Positions 9,237-21,569 of a stretch of DNA of 64,000 nt are shown piece by piece. The DNA is taken from positions 320,814 through 384,813 of the forward strand of contig JADJBE010000026.1 of the NCBI GenBank assembly GCA_016703895.1, written 5' to 3'. Numbering within the stretch: the stretch's first letter is position 1; the number at the start of each line of letters is the position of its first letter. Origin of the DNA: Pseudomonadota bacterium (GTDB lineage: Bacteria; Pseudomonadota; Gammaproteobacteria; Steroidobacterales; Steroidobacteraceae). The notes below the pieces were generated by a model. The model saw only the letters and a list, made by a program, of their open reading frames with translations, was not told where the DNA came from and made no database searches. The position numbers and the translations under genes are program-made.

Positions 9237-9902
9237 ATGTCAAACATGCGCGTTCTGAACCTCGCATTCATCGGGCTTGCCCTGTTCGGCGCTGTGCCGC
9301 AAGCGTCGGCGCAAGCGCGTCCGGAGGACAGCAAGTCGACTTACAAATGGGTCGATGAACGCGGCGTCACGCACTACGGCGACGTCGTCCCGCCGCAGTA
9401 CGCTGCGCGGGAACAACGCGTCCTGAATCGGCAAGCGGTCGAAGTCGCGCGTACGGCCGCCCAAAAGTCGCCGGAGGAAATGGCGCGGGACAACGAGCAA
9501 CAGCGCGAACTGGTACGCCGCAAGCAGCACGACATGTTTTTGCTCTCCACCTATCAAACCGTGGAAGACCTGACCAAAGATCGCGACCTGCGTCTGGATG
9601 CACTGCATGGCCAGGTGTTGGCGGCGCAGGCCTTTATCGCCAACCTCGAGGCACGGCTCGCAGGGCTCGGCGACCGGGCCGCAATATTCCGGCCCTACAA
9701 TCAGAACCCCGACGCCCGCAGACTGCCCGACGGGCTGGCCGAAGATCTGGTCCGCACCATCAACGATATTCGCACCCAGCGCGCGGCGCTGGATGCCAAG
9801 AGTGGCGTCAAGGACGCGCTACGCGAGCAGTTCCGTGTGGACATGGCGCGGTACAAAGAACTGAAGAAGCCGCTGGTGGACCGCACCACCGCGCAACGTT
9901 AG
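9237..9902 (+). CDS. DUF4124-domain secreted protein
   Basis: 221 aa. A signal peptide is followed by YKWVDERGVTHYGDVVPPQY, the DUF4124 signature, and then a coiled-coil-like charged region. Confidence 0.7.
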   Translation: MSNMRVLNLAFIGLALFGAVPQASAQARPEDSKSTYKWVDERGVTHYGDVVPPQYAAREQRVLNRQAVEVARTAAQKSPEEMARDNEQQRELVRRKQHDMFLLSTYQTVEDLTKDRDLRLDALHGQVLAAQAFIANLEARLAGLGDRAAIFRPYNQNPDARRLPDGLAEDLVRTINDIRTQRAALDAKSGVKDALREQFRVDMARYKELKKPLVDRTTAQR

Positions 9903-9906
9903 CGAC

Positions 9907-10422
9907 TCAACTGCGGCCAGTGTGGCCAAAGCCACCGGCGCCGCGCAGGCTGGTCTCGAAATCATCGACCACCTGCAAATCCACCTGCAACACCGGCACG
10001 ATAACCAGCTGCGCGATGCGCTCGCCGGGTTGCAGCGTGAACGCCGCCTGGCCGCGGTTCCAGCACGATACGAAGAGCTGGCCCTGGTAGTCGGAATCGA
10101 TCAGCCCGACCAGATTACCCAGCACGATGCCGTGCTTATGGCCGAGGCCTGAACGCGGCACGATCATCGCAGCAAGGCCCGGGTCATCGAGATGGATGGC
10201 GAGACCGGTCGGTAACAACTCCGCGCGGCCTGGCGCAAGATCGAGCGGCTTCGCGATACAGGCGCGCAAGTCGATGCCGGCAGAACCGGACGTGGCGTAG
10301 GCGGGCATGGGGAACTCATCGCCCAGCCGCCCATCGAGGAGCTTGACCTTGAGGCCACGGCGACGCCGACCGCCTGAGATGAGTTCGTCAGCAGCCACGA
10401 GTGTGGGAATTGATAACGTCAT
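9907..10422 (-). CDS. dut: dUTP diphosphatase
   Basis: [39 protein letters not shown] and GAGGFGHTG motifs. The start ATG overlaps the coaBC stop (ATGA), giving an N-terminal extension of about 22 aa relative to typical Dut. Confidence 0.9.
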   Translation of the reverse strand: MTLSIPTLVAADELISGGRRRRGLKVKLLDGRLGDEFPMPAYATSGSAGIDLRACIAKPLDLAPGRAELLPTGLAIHLDDPGLAAMIVPRSGLGHKHGIVLGNLVGLIDSDYQGQLFVSCWNRGQAAFTLQPGERIAQLVIVPVLQVDLQVVDDFETSLRGAGGFGHTGRS

Positions 10423-11642
10423 GCACGCACCTGCTCTTGGCGCGTGGCGACGCGAGTCTCCGTGTAAACCTCGGCAATCAATGCCACCAGTTGTTTAGCC
10501 AGCTCAGACTTGGGCGCCTGCGGCAACTCTCGTCTGCCGGTTCTCCACAGTACTAACAAGGCGTTGTCGTCTTTCTCGAACACCTTGTCGTGCCCGACTT
10601 CATTGGCCGCGATCATGTCGAGCTTCTTCTTTAGCAACTTCTGCCGCGCATACTGCTCCACCGAATCCGTTTCCGCCGCAAATCCCACGACAAACGGTGG
10701 CTCGGCCAAGGCCGCAACGGCTGCTAGAATATCCGTGGTGCGTTGCATCTCCAGCGCTAACGACTCGCTCGTCTTCTTGATCTTCTTTGCGGCCGGCTGC
10801 GCGGGCCGATAGTCCGCAACGGCGGCGGTGGCGATAAAAATATCCGTGCCCGCGATCTCGGCAAAGGTCGCCGCGAGCATTTGCGCAGCATCGTCGACGT
10901 CGATACGGCGCACACCGGGAGGCGTTGCCAGCGCGACCGGGCCTGCAACCAACACCACTTCGGCGCCGGCAGCCTGCGCGGCCGACGCCACTGCGAATCC
11001 CATCTTGCCGGAACTGCGGTTGCTGATGAACCGCACCGGATCGATGCGCTCGCGGGTCGGTCCGGCCGTAATTACCACACGCTTGCCCGCCAAGACTCCC
11101 GCAGGGCTGCCGGCCTGCATGACGAGATCGGCGAGCTCGATTGGCTCCAGCATCCGACCGTCGCCCGTCTCACCACAAGCCTGGTCGCCGACGCCTGGAC
11201 CATGAATCGCAATGCCTCGCGAGCGCAGCAACGCGATGTTCGCCGCAGTGGCCGCGTTGGCCCACATCTGGCGGTTCATCGCTGGCGCCAACGCGACCGG
11301 AGCTGAGGTCGCCAGGCACAACGTCGTCAGCAGGTCATCCGCATGGCCATGCGCGAGGCGGGCGACAAAGTTGGCCGTCGCTGGCGCCACCAGCACCAGA
11401 TCCGCCCAGCGTGCCAGCTCGATATGCGACATCGCCGCTTCGCCGGCGGCGTCCCACAAATCCAGTCGCACGTCGCGCCCTGACACGGCTTGGAAGGTCA
11501 TCGGCGCAATGAATTCGCGCGCACCCGCGGTCATCACCACCTGCACTTCCGCGCCGCGCTCGCGCAAACGACGCACCAGGTCCGGACTCTTGTAGGCCGC
11601 GATACCGCCGGTGACGCCGAGCAAGATGCGTGTGCCTCTCAT
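10419..11642 (-). CDS. coaBC: bifunctional phosphopantothenoylcysteine decarboxylase / phosphopantothenate-cysteine ligase
   Basis: Internal ATG 11642 gives [19 protein letters not shown] (flavoprotein N-domain). The C-domain has [25 protein letters not shown]. Confidence 0.92.
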   Translation of the reverse strand: MRGTRILLGVTGGIAAYKSPDLVRRLRERGAEVQVVMTAGAREFIAPMTFQAVSGRDVRLDLWDAAGEAAMSHIELARWADLVLVAPATANFVARLAHGHADDLLTTLCLATSAPVALAPAMNRQMWANAATAANIALLRSRGIAIHGPGVGDQACGETGDGRMLEPIELADLVMQAGSPAGVLAGKRVVITAGPTRERIDPVRFISNRSSGKMGFAVASAAQAAGAEVVLVAGPVALATPPGVRRIDVDDAAQMLAATFAEIAGTDIFIATAAVADYRPAQPAAKKIKKTSESLALEMQRTTDILAAVAALAEPPFVVGFAAETDSVEQYARQKLLKKKLDMIAANEVGHDKVFEKDDNALLVLWRTGRRELPQAPKSELAKQLVALIAEVYTETRVATRQEQVRA

Positions 11643-11750
11643 CGCCCCATTATCCCGGTCGGATCGACCGTCGTGCAAACCCTATGTTTGTTGCGATCCG
11701 CAGTCGATTCTGCTGTGGCTGCAAATGGATCCCGGCCCGACACTGCACAA

Positions 11751-12458
11751 ATGACACTGCAGACTCCCGACGCGAAGCCCCGCAGCAGCCCACGATCATG
11801 GCCGCGCCACGAACGGCCGCGCGAGAAACTCCTCGATTGCGGCCCTAGCGCCCTGTCTGACGCGGAGCTTCTCGCCGTCCTGCTCGGCACCGGCGTCCAA
11901 GGCGCCAATGCGCTGGACGTGGCACGCGAGCTGCTCGCCCGGTTCGGCTCGCTGCGAGCGCTCTTGACCGCAGCGCAAGCCGACTGCCTGGCCCAGCGCG
12001 GCTTGGGTACCGCTCGCTACGCCCTGCTGCAGGCAGCGCTCGAACTGGCACGTCGACACTATCGTGCCAGGCTCTCGCAGGAGTCTGCCCTCACCTCACC
12101 GTTGATGACACGCGAGTTTTTGATCGCGCAGCTGCGGGACCGGCCTTACGAGCTGTTCTGCTGCCTGTATCTGGACAATCGCAATCGCCTGATCCAGTTC
12201 GAGGAGCTGTTTCGAGGCACGATAGACGGCGCCAGCGTGCACCCCCGGGAGGTGGTCCGGCAGGCGATACGGCACAATGCAGCGGCGCTGATCCTGGCGC
12301 ACAACCACCCCTCGGGCGTGGCTGAGCCTAGCCAGGCAGACGAATTGATCACCCGGCGGCTGCGGGAAGCGCTGGCGTTGATCGATATCCGGCTGCTGGA
12401 CCACCTGGTCGTGGGTGACACGGCGTGCGTCTCCTTCGCGGAGCGTGGGCTGCTGTGA
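11751..12458 (+). CDS. radC: RadC-family JAB-domain protein
   Basis: ATG 11751 within track ORF 11490..12458. ERPREKLL...[15 protein letters not shown]-terminus and the JAMM motif [17 protein letters not shown]. Confidence 0.88.
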   Translation: MTLQTPDAKPRSSPRSWPRHERPREKLLDCGPSALSDAELLAVLLGTGVQGANALDVARELLARFGSLRALLTAAQADCLAQRGLGTARYALLQAALELARRHYRARLSQESALTSPLMTREFLIAQLRDRPYELFCCLYLDNRNRLIQFEELFRGTIDGASVHPREVVRQAIRHNAAALILAHNHPSGVAEPSQADELITRRLREALALIDIRLLDHLVVGDTACVSFAERGLL

Positions 12459-12503
12459 ACCGCCTGCTGTGAATGACCGGCCGCGAATCCTAAGCGTGGC
12501 GAC

Positions 12504-12532
12504 TTGCGAGCGCACCGGCCTGCTGGTATAAA
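12504..12532 (+). promoter_or_regulatory. candidate sigma-70 promoter of rpmB-rpmG
   Basis: TTGCGA (12504-12509), a 17-nt spacer, then TATAAA (12527-12532), about 65 nt upstream of the rpmB ATG. Pattern match only. Confidence 0.4.
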
Positions 12533-12597
12533 AGCCGCCCTTTTGGTGCCGCCCGGTAACCAGAAGCCAACCTTACTAAGAATGTCTGGGTTTTTTT

Positions 12598-12834
12598 ATG
12601 AGCCGTGTCTGTCAAGTCACTGGCAAGGGCCCGACGGTCGGAAACACCGTCTCCCACGCCAACAACAAGCGCCGCCGCCGCTTTCTGCCCAACCTGCACA
12701 CGCAGCGTTTTTGGCTGGAAAACGAGAAGCGCTGGGTTAGCCTCAAGGTGTCTGCCAATGGTCTGCGAACCATCGAAAAGAACGGCATCGATGCCGTCAT
12801 CGCGGAACTGCGTGGCAAGGGCCTGAAGATCTGA
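12598..12834 (+). CDS. rpmB: 50S ribosomal protein L28
   Basis: [33 protein letters not shown].. is the canonical L28 sequence. Confidence 0.97.
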   Translation: MSRVCQVTGKGPTVGNTVSHANNKRRRRFLPNLHTQRFWLENEKRWVSLKVSANGLRTIEKNGIDAVIAELRGKGLKI

Positions 12835-12850
12835 GCCGGAGAATCCCGAG

Positions 12851-13006
12851 ATGCGTGAAAAGATCAAATTGCTGTCGACCGCCAAGACCGGCCATTTCTA
12901 TGTCGTGACGAAGAACAAGCGTCTGCATCCCGACAAGATGGAAATCAAGAAGTACGACCCCGTGGTGCGTAAGCACGTGGCGTACAAAGAAACCAAGATC
13001 AAGTAA
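12851..13006 (+). CDS. rpmG: 50S ribosomal protein L33
   Basis: Below the ORF-track size cutoff. Manual translation gives [51 protein letters not shown] (51 aa), collinear with E. coli L33. Lies 16 nt downstream of rpmB. Confidence 0.95.
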   Translation: MREKIKLLSTAKTGHFYVVTKNKRLHPDKMEIKKYDPVVRKHVAYKETKIK

Positions 13007-13015
13007 CGTGGCGGC

Positions 13016-13840
13016 GTGCCGCCGCCGCCTGAACTCCCGGAAGTCGAAACCACGCGTCGTGGGGTAGAACCCCATGTCCGTGGCCGGCATATCCGCAGCT
13101 TGCGCTTGCACGACCGGCGCCTCCGCTGGCCAGTGGCGGCTAATATCCCAGCGTTGGTCCAGGGCCAGCGCATCCTGCAAGCCGGGCGACGCGCGAAATA
13201 TCTGCTGCTTACCCTCGAGCGCGGCACCCTCATCGTGCACCTAGGCATGTCGGGCAGCTTGCGCGTGCTGCCGGCGGCCACACCGCGACTGATTCACGAC
13301 CATTTTGATCTCGAGCTCGATTCCGGCCAGACCCTGCGCTTCAATGATCCGCGCCGCTTTGGCAGCCTCCATTTCACGGCCGACGATCCGGCCGATCACC
13401 CGCTACTTGCCGAACTGGCGCCTGAGCCATTCGACGACAGCTTTGACGGCGAGTATCTCTGGCGCATCACCCGGCGGCGGCGCGTTGCGATCAAACAACT
13501 CGTGATGAACGCCAAACTCGTGGTCGGCGTCGGCAACATCTACGCCAGCGAGGCGTTGTTTCGCGCGGGCATCCGCCCCGGGCGGCAAGCGCGCGGACTC
13601 ACACGCGCCGAGTGCCTGCGACTCGCTCAAGCCGTACGCGCGATCTTGGCGATGGCGATCAAAGTCGGCGGCACAACCTTGCGGGACTATGTGGGCGCCG
13701 ACGGCACGCCAGGCTATTTTCGACAGAAGCTGTTCGTCTACGACCGGGCTGGCTCGCCGTGCCGGCGCTGCGGCAACGCTGTTCGCCAGCGTGTCCAGGG
13801 ACAGCGCTCGACCTACTGGTGCTCGACGTGTCAGAAATGA
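13016..13840 (+). CDS. mutM: formamidopyrimidine-DNA glycosylase (Fpg/MutM) with an unusual N-terminal PPP insertion
   Basis: 274 aa. ELPEVETTRRGV, the H2TH region and the C-terminal zinc finger CRRCG....YWCSTCQ. The only upstream start is GTG 13016, followed by (GCC)4, giving M-PPPP-ELPEVE instead of the canonical M-PELPEVE. Confidence 0.88.
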   Translation: MPPPPELPEVETTRRGVEPHVRGRHIRSLRLHDRRLRWPVAANIPALVQGQRILQAGRRAKYLLLTLERGTLIVHLGMSGSLRVLPAATPRLIHDHFDLELDSGQTLRFNDPRRFGSLHFTADDPADHPLLAELAPEPFDDSFDGEYLWRITRRRRVAIKQLVMNAKLVVGVGNIYASEALFRAGIRPGRQARGLTRAECLRLAQAVRAILAMAIKVGGTTLRDYVGADGTPGYFRQKLFVYDRAGSPCRRCGNAVRQRVQGQRSTYWCSTCQK

Positions 13841-13871
13841 GAGCGATGCAGTTGATAAGTACGATCGCCAC

Positions 13872-14606
13872 ATGATTGCGCCGCCCGCCGAACTCAATCG
13901 AATGCGTCGGCATCTGCGCGCGGCCGACCCAGTGCTGGCACAACTGCTGCGCGCCGCGGGCAGATTCACGCTCGAACCGCGCCTCGCGCACACGCCGTTC
14001 TGGTCGTTGGCGCGAGCGATCGCCAATCAGCAACTCAATGGGACTGCGGCAGCGACCATCCTGGCGCGCTTCGTAGCGCTCTATCCCGGGCACGAGTTCC
14101 CAGCGCCGCGGCAAGTCCTGGCAACCGACGATCTGACCCTGCGTGGCGTGGGATTTTCGTTTGCCAAGGTCGCAGCACTGAAAGACCTGGCGGAGAAAAC
14201 CGAGACCGGCGTCGTGCCCAGCACTCGATCGTTAGTCGCCATGGCAGATAGCGAGATCATCGAACGTCTGACGCAGGTGCGCGGCGTCGGCCGCTGGACG
14301 GTGGAGATGCTGCTCATGTTCCAACTTGGCCGGCCTGACGTGTTCCCGGCAGATGACTTCGGCATCCAGAACGGCTTTCGACTAGCGTACGGCATACGCG
14401 CAATGCCCACGCCGCGTGCGCTCGCCGACTACGCGCTGCGCTGGGCGCCGTATCGCACCATGGCAGCGTGGTATCTGTGGCGCGCCGTCGATCTCGACAA
14501 ACTCGGCAAACTACCGACACCGCCCTTGCGGACACGGATCAAGACCGTCAAGCCAAAGCCGCGGCTGAAGCGTCGCGGCGCAATTTGCATTACTGTGCCA
14601 CCATGA
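13872..14606 (+). CDS. HhH-GPD DNA glycosylase (AlkA-like 3-methyladenine glycosylase II)
   Basis: ATG 13872 within track ORF 13689..14606. Helix-hairpin-helix LTQVRGVGRWTVEMLLMF followed by the catalytic-Asp region FPADDFGIQ. Confidence 0.8.
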   Translation: MIAPPAELNRMRRHLRAADPVLAQLLRAAGRFTLEPRLAHTPFWSLARAIANQQLNGTAAATILARFVALYPGHEFPAPRQVLATDDLTLRGVGFSFAKVAALKDLAEKTETGVVPSTRSLVAMADSEIIERLTQVRGVGRWTVEMLLMFQLGRPDVFPADDFGIQNGFRLAYGIRAMPTPRALADYALRWAPYRTMAAWYLWRAVDLDKLGKLPTPPLRTRIKTVKPKPRLKRRGAICITVPP

Positions 14607-16387
14607 ACGAACCAGGATTTATGCGGCGCGCGTGCGTCGCGGCCAGCACAGCGTTGCTGTTTTTGAGTGCGGGCTGTGCCACCGTCGACACGGCGCCCGA
14701 AGCGAATACCCCCGCTGCGAATACCTTTGAAGCGGCACCTGCGCGGAACTGGCGCGGTGGCGCCATGGTGGCGGCGGCCAACCCGCTGGCGGTGGATGCG
14801 GGGCTCAAAGTGCTCGGTGCTGGCGGCAGTGCCGTCGATGCGGCGATTGCCATTCAGGCGGTGTTAGGGCTGGTCGAACCGCAGTCCTCGGGTATTGGCG
14901 GCGGCGCGTTCCTGCTGCACTACGACGCGGCGACGGGCGACGTGGTCGCCTACGATGGCCGCGAAGTGGCGCCCGTAGGTGCCAGCAGCACGATGTTTCT
15001 GGACGAGTCTGGCAAACCACTGTCGTTCCCAGCCGCCATCCAGAGTGGTCGCTCGGTCGGCGTACCCGGGGTCGTTGCCATGCTCGAGCTGGCACACCGC
15101 GAGCACGGCCGCCTGGCATGGGCCCAACCGTGGCAGGCTGCCATCGAATTGGCGGAACGCGGGTTCGCCGTCTCGCCTCGCATGCGCGAGATCGCGCAGA
15201 TGGCCGAGCGGTTCACCACACTGGCACCGGACGCGCGTCGCTACCTAACGACCGATGGCAAGACTATCCTGCCGGTCGGTCACGTGCTGCGCAATACGGA
15301 CTATGCGGCGACGCTGCGTCAGATAGCAACTCAGGGGGCGCGGGCGTTCTACAGCGGGCCGATCGCTCAATCAATCATTGCGGCCGTCGCGCAGGCCCCT
15401 CGTCCCGGCACCCTCTCGCTCGCCGACCTTGCCAGCTATCGCGCCGTCAAACACGAGCCGGTTTGCAGGCCTTATCGGATCTACGAGGTCTGCGGCATGA
15501 CGCCGCCGTCGTCCGGCGGCATCGCGGTGCTGTCAGTGCTCGGCATCCTCGCCAACTTTGACATGGCTGCTAACGACTCGAATACGCCGCAGGGTTGGCA
15601 TCTGTTGATCGAGGCGCAGCGCCTGGCCTACGCCGACCGCGATAAATACGTTGGCGATGATCGCTTCGTGCATGTGCCAGTCGATGGACTGCTGGATACT
15701 AACTATCTGCAATCGCGCGCCGCGCTTATTTCGCGCAGCCGGGCAATGGCGACGGTGAGCGCAGGAACGCCGCCGGGCGCGCCGCCGTCGGGCGCTGATC
15801 ACACGGGGCCGTCGACTGGCACCAGCCATTTTGTGGTCGTGGATGCGCGCGGTAATGTCGTCTCGATGACGACCACGGTCGAATCGCTGTTCGGCTCGCA
15901 GCGCATGGCGAGTGGCTTCTTCCTCAATAATCAGCTCACCGACTTCTCGTTCCGGGCCGTCGATGATGCGGGCGTCGCGATCGCCAATGCGCCGGCCCCG
16001 GGCAAGAAGCCGCGCTCGTCGATGTCGCCGACCTTGGTATTCAAGGACGGGCAGTTCCTGCTGGGAGTTGGTTCGCCGGGCGGCAATTCGATCATCGGCT
16101 ATGTCTCCAAGACCCTGGTTGGAGTGCTCGATTGGGGGTTGACGCCGGACGCTGCCATCGAGCTGCCCAATGTCGTTGCCCGAGGGCCCGTGCTGGTTGA
16201 AGAATCCCGATTCGACGCACCGCTGCTCGAGCAACTCAAATCGCTCGGCCACACGTTTCGGCCGGGCCGCGGCGCGGAAGGCTCCGGGCTGCACGCGATC
16301 ATGGTGCGGCCGGACGGGACGCTGGAAGGTGGCGCGGACAGCCGCCGGGAAGGCGAGGCACGCGCGCTCGACACTGCCGGGCCGTGA
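14603..16387 (+). CDS. ggt: gamma-glutamyltransferase (lipoprotein-type signal)
   Basis: ATG 14603 (ATGA overlap with the upstream stop) gives MNEPGFMRRACVAASTALLFLSAGC. Family motifs GGGAFLL, the autoprocessing site TSHFVVVD and GSPGGNSII. Confidence 0.9.
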   Translation: MNEPGFMRRACVAASTALLFLSAGCATVDTAPEANTPAANTFEAAPARNWRGGAMVAAANPLAVDAGLKVLGAGGSAVDAAIAIQAVLGLVEPQSSGIGGGAFLLHYDAATGDVVAYDGREVAPVGASSTMFLDESGKPLSFPAAIQSGRSVGVPGVVAMLELAHREHGRLAWAQPWQAAIELAERGFAVSPRMREIAQMAERFTTLAPDARRYLTTDGKTILPVGHVLRNTDYAATLRQIATQGARAFYSGPIAQSIIAAVAQAPRPGTLSLADLASYRAVKHEPVCRPYRIYEVCGMTPPSSGGIAVLSVLGILANFDMAANDSNTPQGWHLLIEAQRLAYADRDKYVGDDRFVHVPVDGLLDTNYLQSRAALISRSRAMATVSAGTPPGAPPSGADHTGPSTGTSHFVVVDARGNVVSMTTTVESLFGSQRMASGFFLNNQLTDFSFRAVDDAGVAIANAPAPGKKPRSSMSPTLVFKDGQFLLGVGSPGGNSIIGYVSKTLVGVLDWGLTPDAAIELPNVVARGPVLVEESRFDAPLLEQLKSLGHTFRPGRGAEGSGLHAIMVRPDGTLEGGADSRREGEARALDTAGP

Positions 16388-16388
16388 G

Positions 16389-17485
<1,097 letters not shown>

Positions 17486-17631
17486 CGTTGCTGACTGATT
17501 GCGATTTTTGTCATTCACCCGGGTCGGTTGTCCTGTCGCCGTCTTGCCACACTTCTGTTGCCAAGCGTAACCTAGCAGCACATCAAAACAACTCCGACGC
17601 CTCGCGTTGGAGCGCGAAGGAGCTGCAGAAC

Positions 17632-19815
17632 ATGAACAGGCTACACGTGGCCGCCCTCGTCTCGATGGCGCTGCTCGCTGCGGGCTGCTCGAGCTCGGTC
17701 GACAATCCGCCGGATATCACGGCGACGGACCCTACCAGCGGCAACCTCAATCCCGCCGGCGGCGCCAACAACCCGATGGCACCGGCCTCTACGGCGGCGC
17801 TATTCCAGGTGGCGCAGGGCATTTTGCCATTCCCGACCGACCTCTATTTCTCGGGCACCACCGACGGCACTGTGAACATCCAGCCGCCGAGTGGGCTGAT
17901 TCCGAATCAAGCCGGTCTCAACGCGCTCGACGGCTTCTCGACTACCGCGCCCATTCGCGTGCGTTTCGGCAGCCCACTCGATCCAACCAGCCTCACGGCG
18001 CAAACCGTCCGCGTCTATCAAGTGTCGATCGACAACTCGACCAAGGCGACGATCGGCTTTCAGGCGCCACCGAATGCGCCGGCGCTCACGTTCGGGACAG
18101 ATTTCTCGGCCAGCCTCGCAACCGACGCCGGTGTGGGCAACACGATACTCGAAATCAAGCCATTGCGGCCGCTCAACCCCAGCACCGGCGCCACTAACAA
18201 CGGTTACCTGGTTGTGCTAACTAACGGTATCCGCACCGCCAGTGGCTCGCCAGTCACGCCGGATGCCGACTACGCTACCATCAAGGCCGCACTACCGACC
18301 TGTGCGAGCATCACCAACGCGACGCTGAACGGTGTTTGCCGCTTGACCGGCGCGCAGTTACAACTCGCGTCAGCCGCACCACTCGGACCGTTGGCGGTGA
18401 ATCCCGCGGACGTCGTCTTGTCGTTCAGTTTCTCGACGCTGGCGACCCGCGACACGCTGGGTGTCGTCGCCCAGCTCATCTTCAATCCGATGGCCCCGAA
18501 CCCACCCATCGCGGTCAACCCGGCGGTCAGCATCCCGCTGAACGTCTTTTCCGCCGCGCTACCCCCGATCGCCAACGCCCGTGTCGGCACGTTGACCGTG
18601 CCGTACTACAGCCCGATTGCCAGCGGCCGGAACGATGCGAGCGTGCTCACTAAGAACTGGGTCGCCGCGGGTCCGCCGCCCGCCCCGCTCACGGACCCGT
18701 CTAACGAGCGCAATCTCACTCGATTCAATCCCATTCCTGCGGTGACCGCGCAGAAGGCTATTCCGTTGTTAGTCACGGTGCCGAATGCTGCTGCTGGGCC
18801 TGCCGGCGTAAAACCTGCCAATGGTTGGCCGGTGGTCATTTTCCAGCATGGCATCACCGGTGACCGCTCCAACGCGCTGGCGCTGGCGCCCGCTTTTGCG
18901 CAGGCCGGCTGGGTGGTGGCTGCCGTCGACTTGCCCTACCACGGGGTTACCAGCGCCGCCAACCCGCTCTATCAGGCTAACAACGAGCAGACTTTCGATC
19001 TCGACCTGGTGAACAACAGCACGAGCGCCCCCGGCCCGGACAGCTTGACCGATCCGTCGGGTACGCATTACATCAATCTGACCAACGTACGCGCCAGTCG
19101 CGACAGCCTGCGACAAGGTGCCGCTAACCTGTTAGCCCTGACACGCGCCTTGCCGACACTGGACCTCGACGGGAATCCAGCCACGGTGGATATCGACGGC
19201 ACGCGGATCGCGTTCGTCGGCATCTCACTCGGCTCGATCACGGGCGTCAGCTATGCCGCCGTGCTACCCAACGCACCCGCGTTGGTGCCCACCGTGGCGT
19301 TGTCAGTCCCGGGCGGCGGCATCGCAGAACTGATTCGCGACTCCGTCAGTTTTGGGCCGCGCATCAACGCCGGCTTGATCGCGCAGGGCCTGGCTCCCGG
19401 CTCGACGCTCTACGCGCAGTTCTTCCGCGATGCACAGACGATCATCGACGCCGGCGACCCGCTCAATTACATGGGTGCGGCCATCGCGCAGCGGCGCGTG
19501 TATCTGTCGCAGGTGATCGGCGGCTCCGGCACGCCCGCCTCGCTGCCTGATCAGGTTATCCCGAACTCCTCGACACAGCGCCTGATCCGCGCGGCCGGTG
19601 CCGCGCTGCCGCGCGTCACGCCGGCCAGTGCGCCAGTAGTGGGCTCGGGTTACGTGAACTTCGTGGCCGGCGAGCACGGCTCGATTCTGACGCCCGGCAG
19701 CCCGCCCAGCGCCACAGGTCTTGCGGTATTCACCGAGATGCAGACGCAGGCGGCGACGTTTACGGCGACCGGCGGGACAATCAATGTTGCCAATGCAGCG
19801 GTGGTTCAGCCGTAG
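17632..19815 (+). CDS. large secreted lipoprotein, alpha/beta-hydrolase (extracellular lipase/esterase-like)
   Basis: ATG 17632 is preceded by AAGGAG. Lipobox LLAAGC. Hydrolase core VIFQHGITGDRS, nucleophile elbow GISLGS. The Ala/Pro/Thr-rich N-terminal half resembles the N-terminal domain of bacterial virulence-factor lipases (assignment by eye). Confidence 0.65.
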   Translation: MNRLHVAALVSMALLAAGCSSSVDNPPDITATDPTSGNLNPAGGANNPMAPASTAALFQVAQGILPFPTDLYFSGTTDGTVNIQPPSGLIPNQAGLNALDGFSTTAPIRVRFGSPLDPTSLTAQTVRVYQVSIDNSTKATIGFQAPPNAPALTFGTDFSASLATDAGVGNTILEIKPLRPLNPSTGATNNGYLVVLTNGIRTASGSPVTPDADYATIKAALPTCASITNATLNGVCRLTGAQLQLASAAPLGPLAVNPADVVLSFSFSTLATRDTLGVVAQLIFNPMAPNPPIAVNPAVSIPLNVFSAALPPIANARVGTLTVPYYSPIASGRNDASVLTKNWVAAGPPPAPLTDPSNERNLTRFNPIPAVTAQKAIPLLVTVPNAAAGPAGVKPANGWPVVIFQHGITGDRSNALALAPAFAQAGWVVAAVDLPYHGVTSAANPLYQANNEQTFDLDLVNNSTSAPGPDSLTDPSGTHYINLTNVRASRDSLRQGAANLLALTRALPTLDLDGNPATVDIDGTRIAFVGISLGSITGVSYAAVLPNAPALVPTVALSVPGGGIAELIRDSVSFGPRINAGLIAQGLAPGSTLYAQFFRDAQTIIDAGDPLNYMGAAIAQRRVYLSQVIGGSGTPASLPDQVIPNSSTQRLIRAAGAALPRVTPASAPVVGSGYVNFVAGEHGSILTPGSPPSATGLAVFTEMQTQAATFTATGGTINVANAAVVQP

Positions 19816-19818
19816 GGA

Positions 19819-20767
<949 letters not shown>

Positions 20768-20775
<8 letters not shown>

Positions 20776-21527
20776 GGCCGACGCACGCCCATTCGTCGTG
20801 CCGTGCGCAACCTTGCGACTCGACGCGCCGCGGCGCTGGCTGCAGCTCGGCTGGCAGGACTTGCGCCGCGCGCCGCGCCTCAGTGTCGTGTTCGGCGTCG
20901 TCATCATGCTGCTCAGTGTCGCCGTCTCGGCCCTCGCCTGGTTGCTCGGCCGGTTCGCGCTGCTCGCCGTCTTGCTGTCGGGCTTCGTGTTTGTCGCGCC
21001 GCTGATCGGGGTCGGCCTTTATTGCGTCAGTCGTGAGCTCGGCGCAGGGCGTGAGCCATCACTCAGCGATTCGTTCACGCTCACACGCCGAGTGGTTGGT
21101 CAGGCAGGCGTGTTCGCGTTGGCGTTGTTAGTGATTCTATTGCTGTGGTCGCGCGCCGGCATGATGGTGAGCGCGTTCTTTCCCGTGCAAGCGGGCGAAT
21201 GGGACACACTGGTGGATTTCCTGGCACTCGGCTCGTTGTTTGGCGCCCTATTCGCAAGCCTGACGTTCGCGACGGCCGCATTCTCCCTTGCCCATGATCG
21301 CCGACCAGGACGTCGATATGGTCACAGCGTGTGTTTCGAGTATCAACGCCGTGCTACGCAACAAAGCGGTGATGCTGCTGTGGGCAGCCATCATCGTCGG
21401 TTTGACGATCCTGGGGTTTGCCACAGCGTTCCTCGGCCTCATCGTCATCATGCCGTGGCTCGCCTACAGCGCCTGGCACTCCTACCGCGAGACACTCGAC
21501 GCATCCGCCTGGCCCGAGCTCCGGTAG
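20768..21527 (+). pseudogene. DUF2189-family integral membrane protein, frameshifted in this sequence
   Basis: The first roughly 172 aa (MVEADARPFVVPCATLRLDAPRRWLQLGWQDL.. plus TM helices) are in the frame of track ORF 20618..21979. The C-terminal part (PMIADQDVDMVTA...IMPWLAYSAWHSYRETL) is in ORF 21288..21527. The frames meet at about 21281-21293. Downstream of the join, the 20618 ORF reads as Arg/His-rich nonsense. Confidence 0.6.
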
Positions 21528-21569
21528 ACAGCCGTTGCCGCCGCGCGCGGCATTCGCGACACTGTGCCG

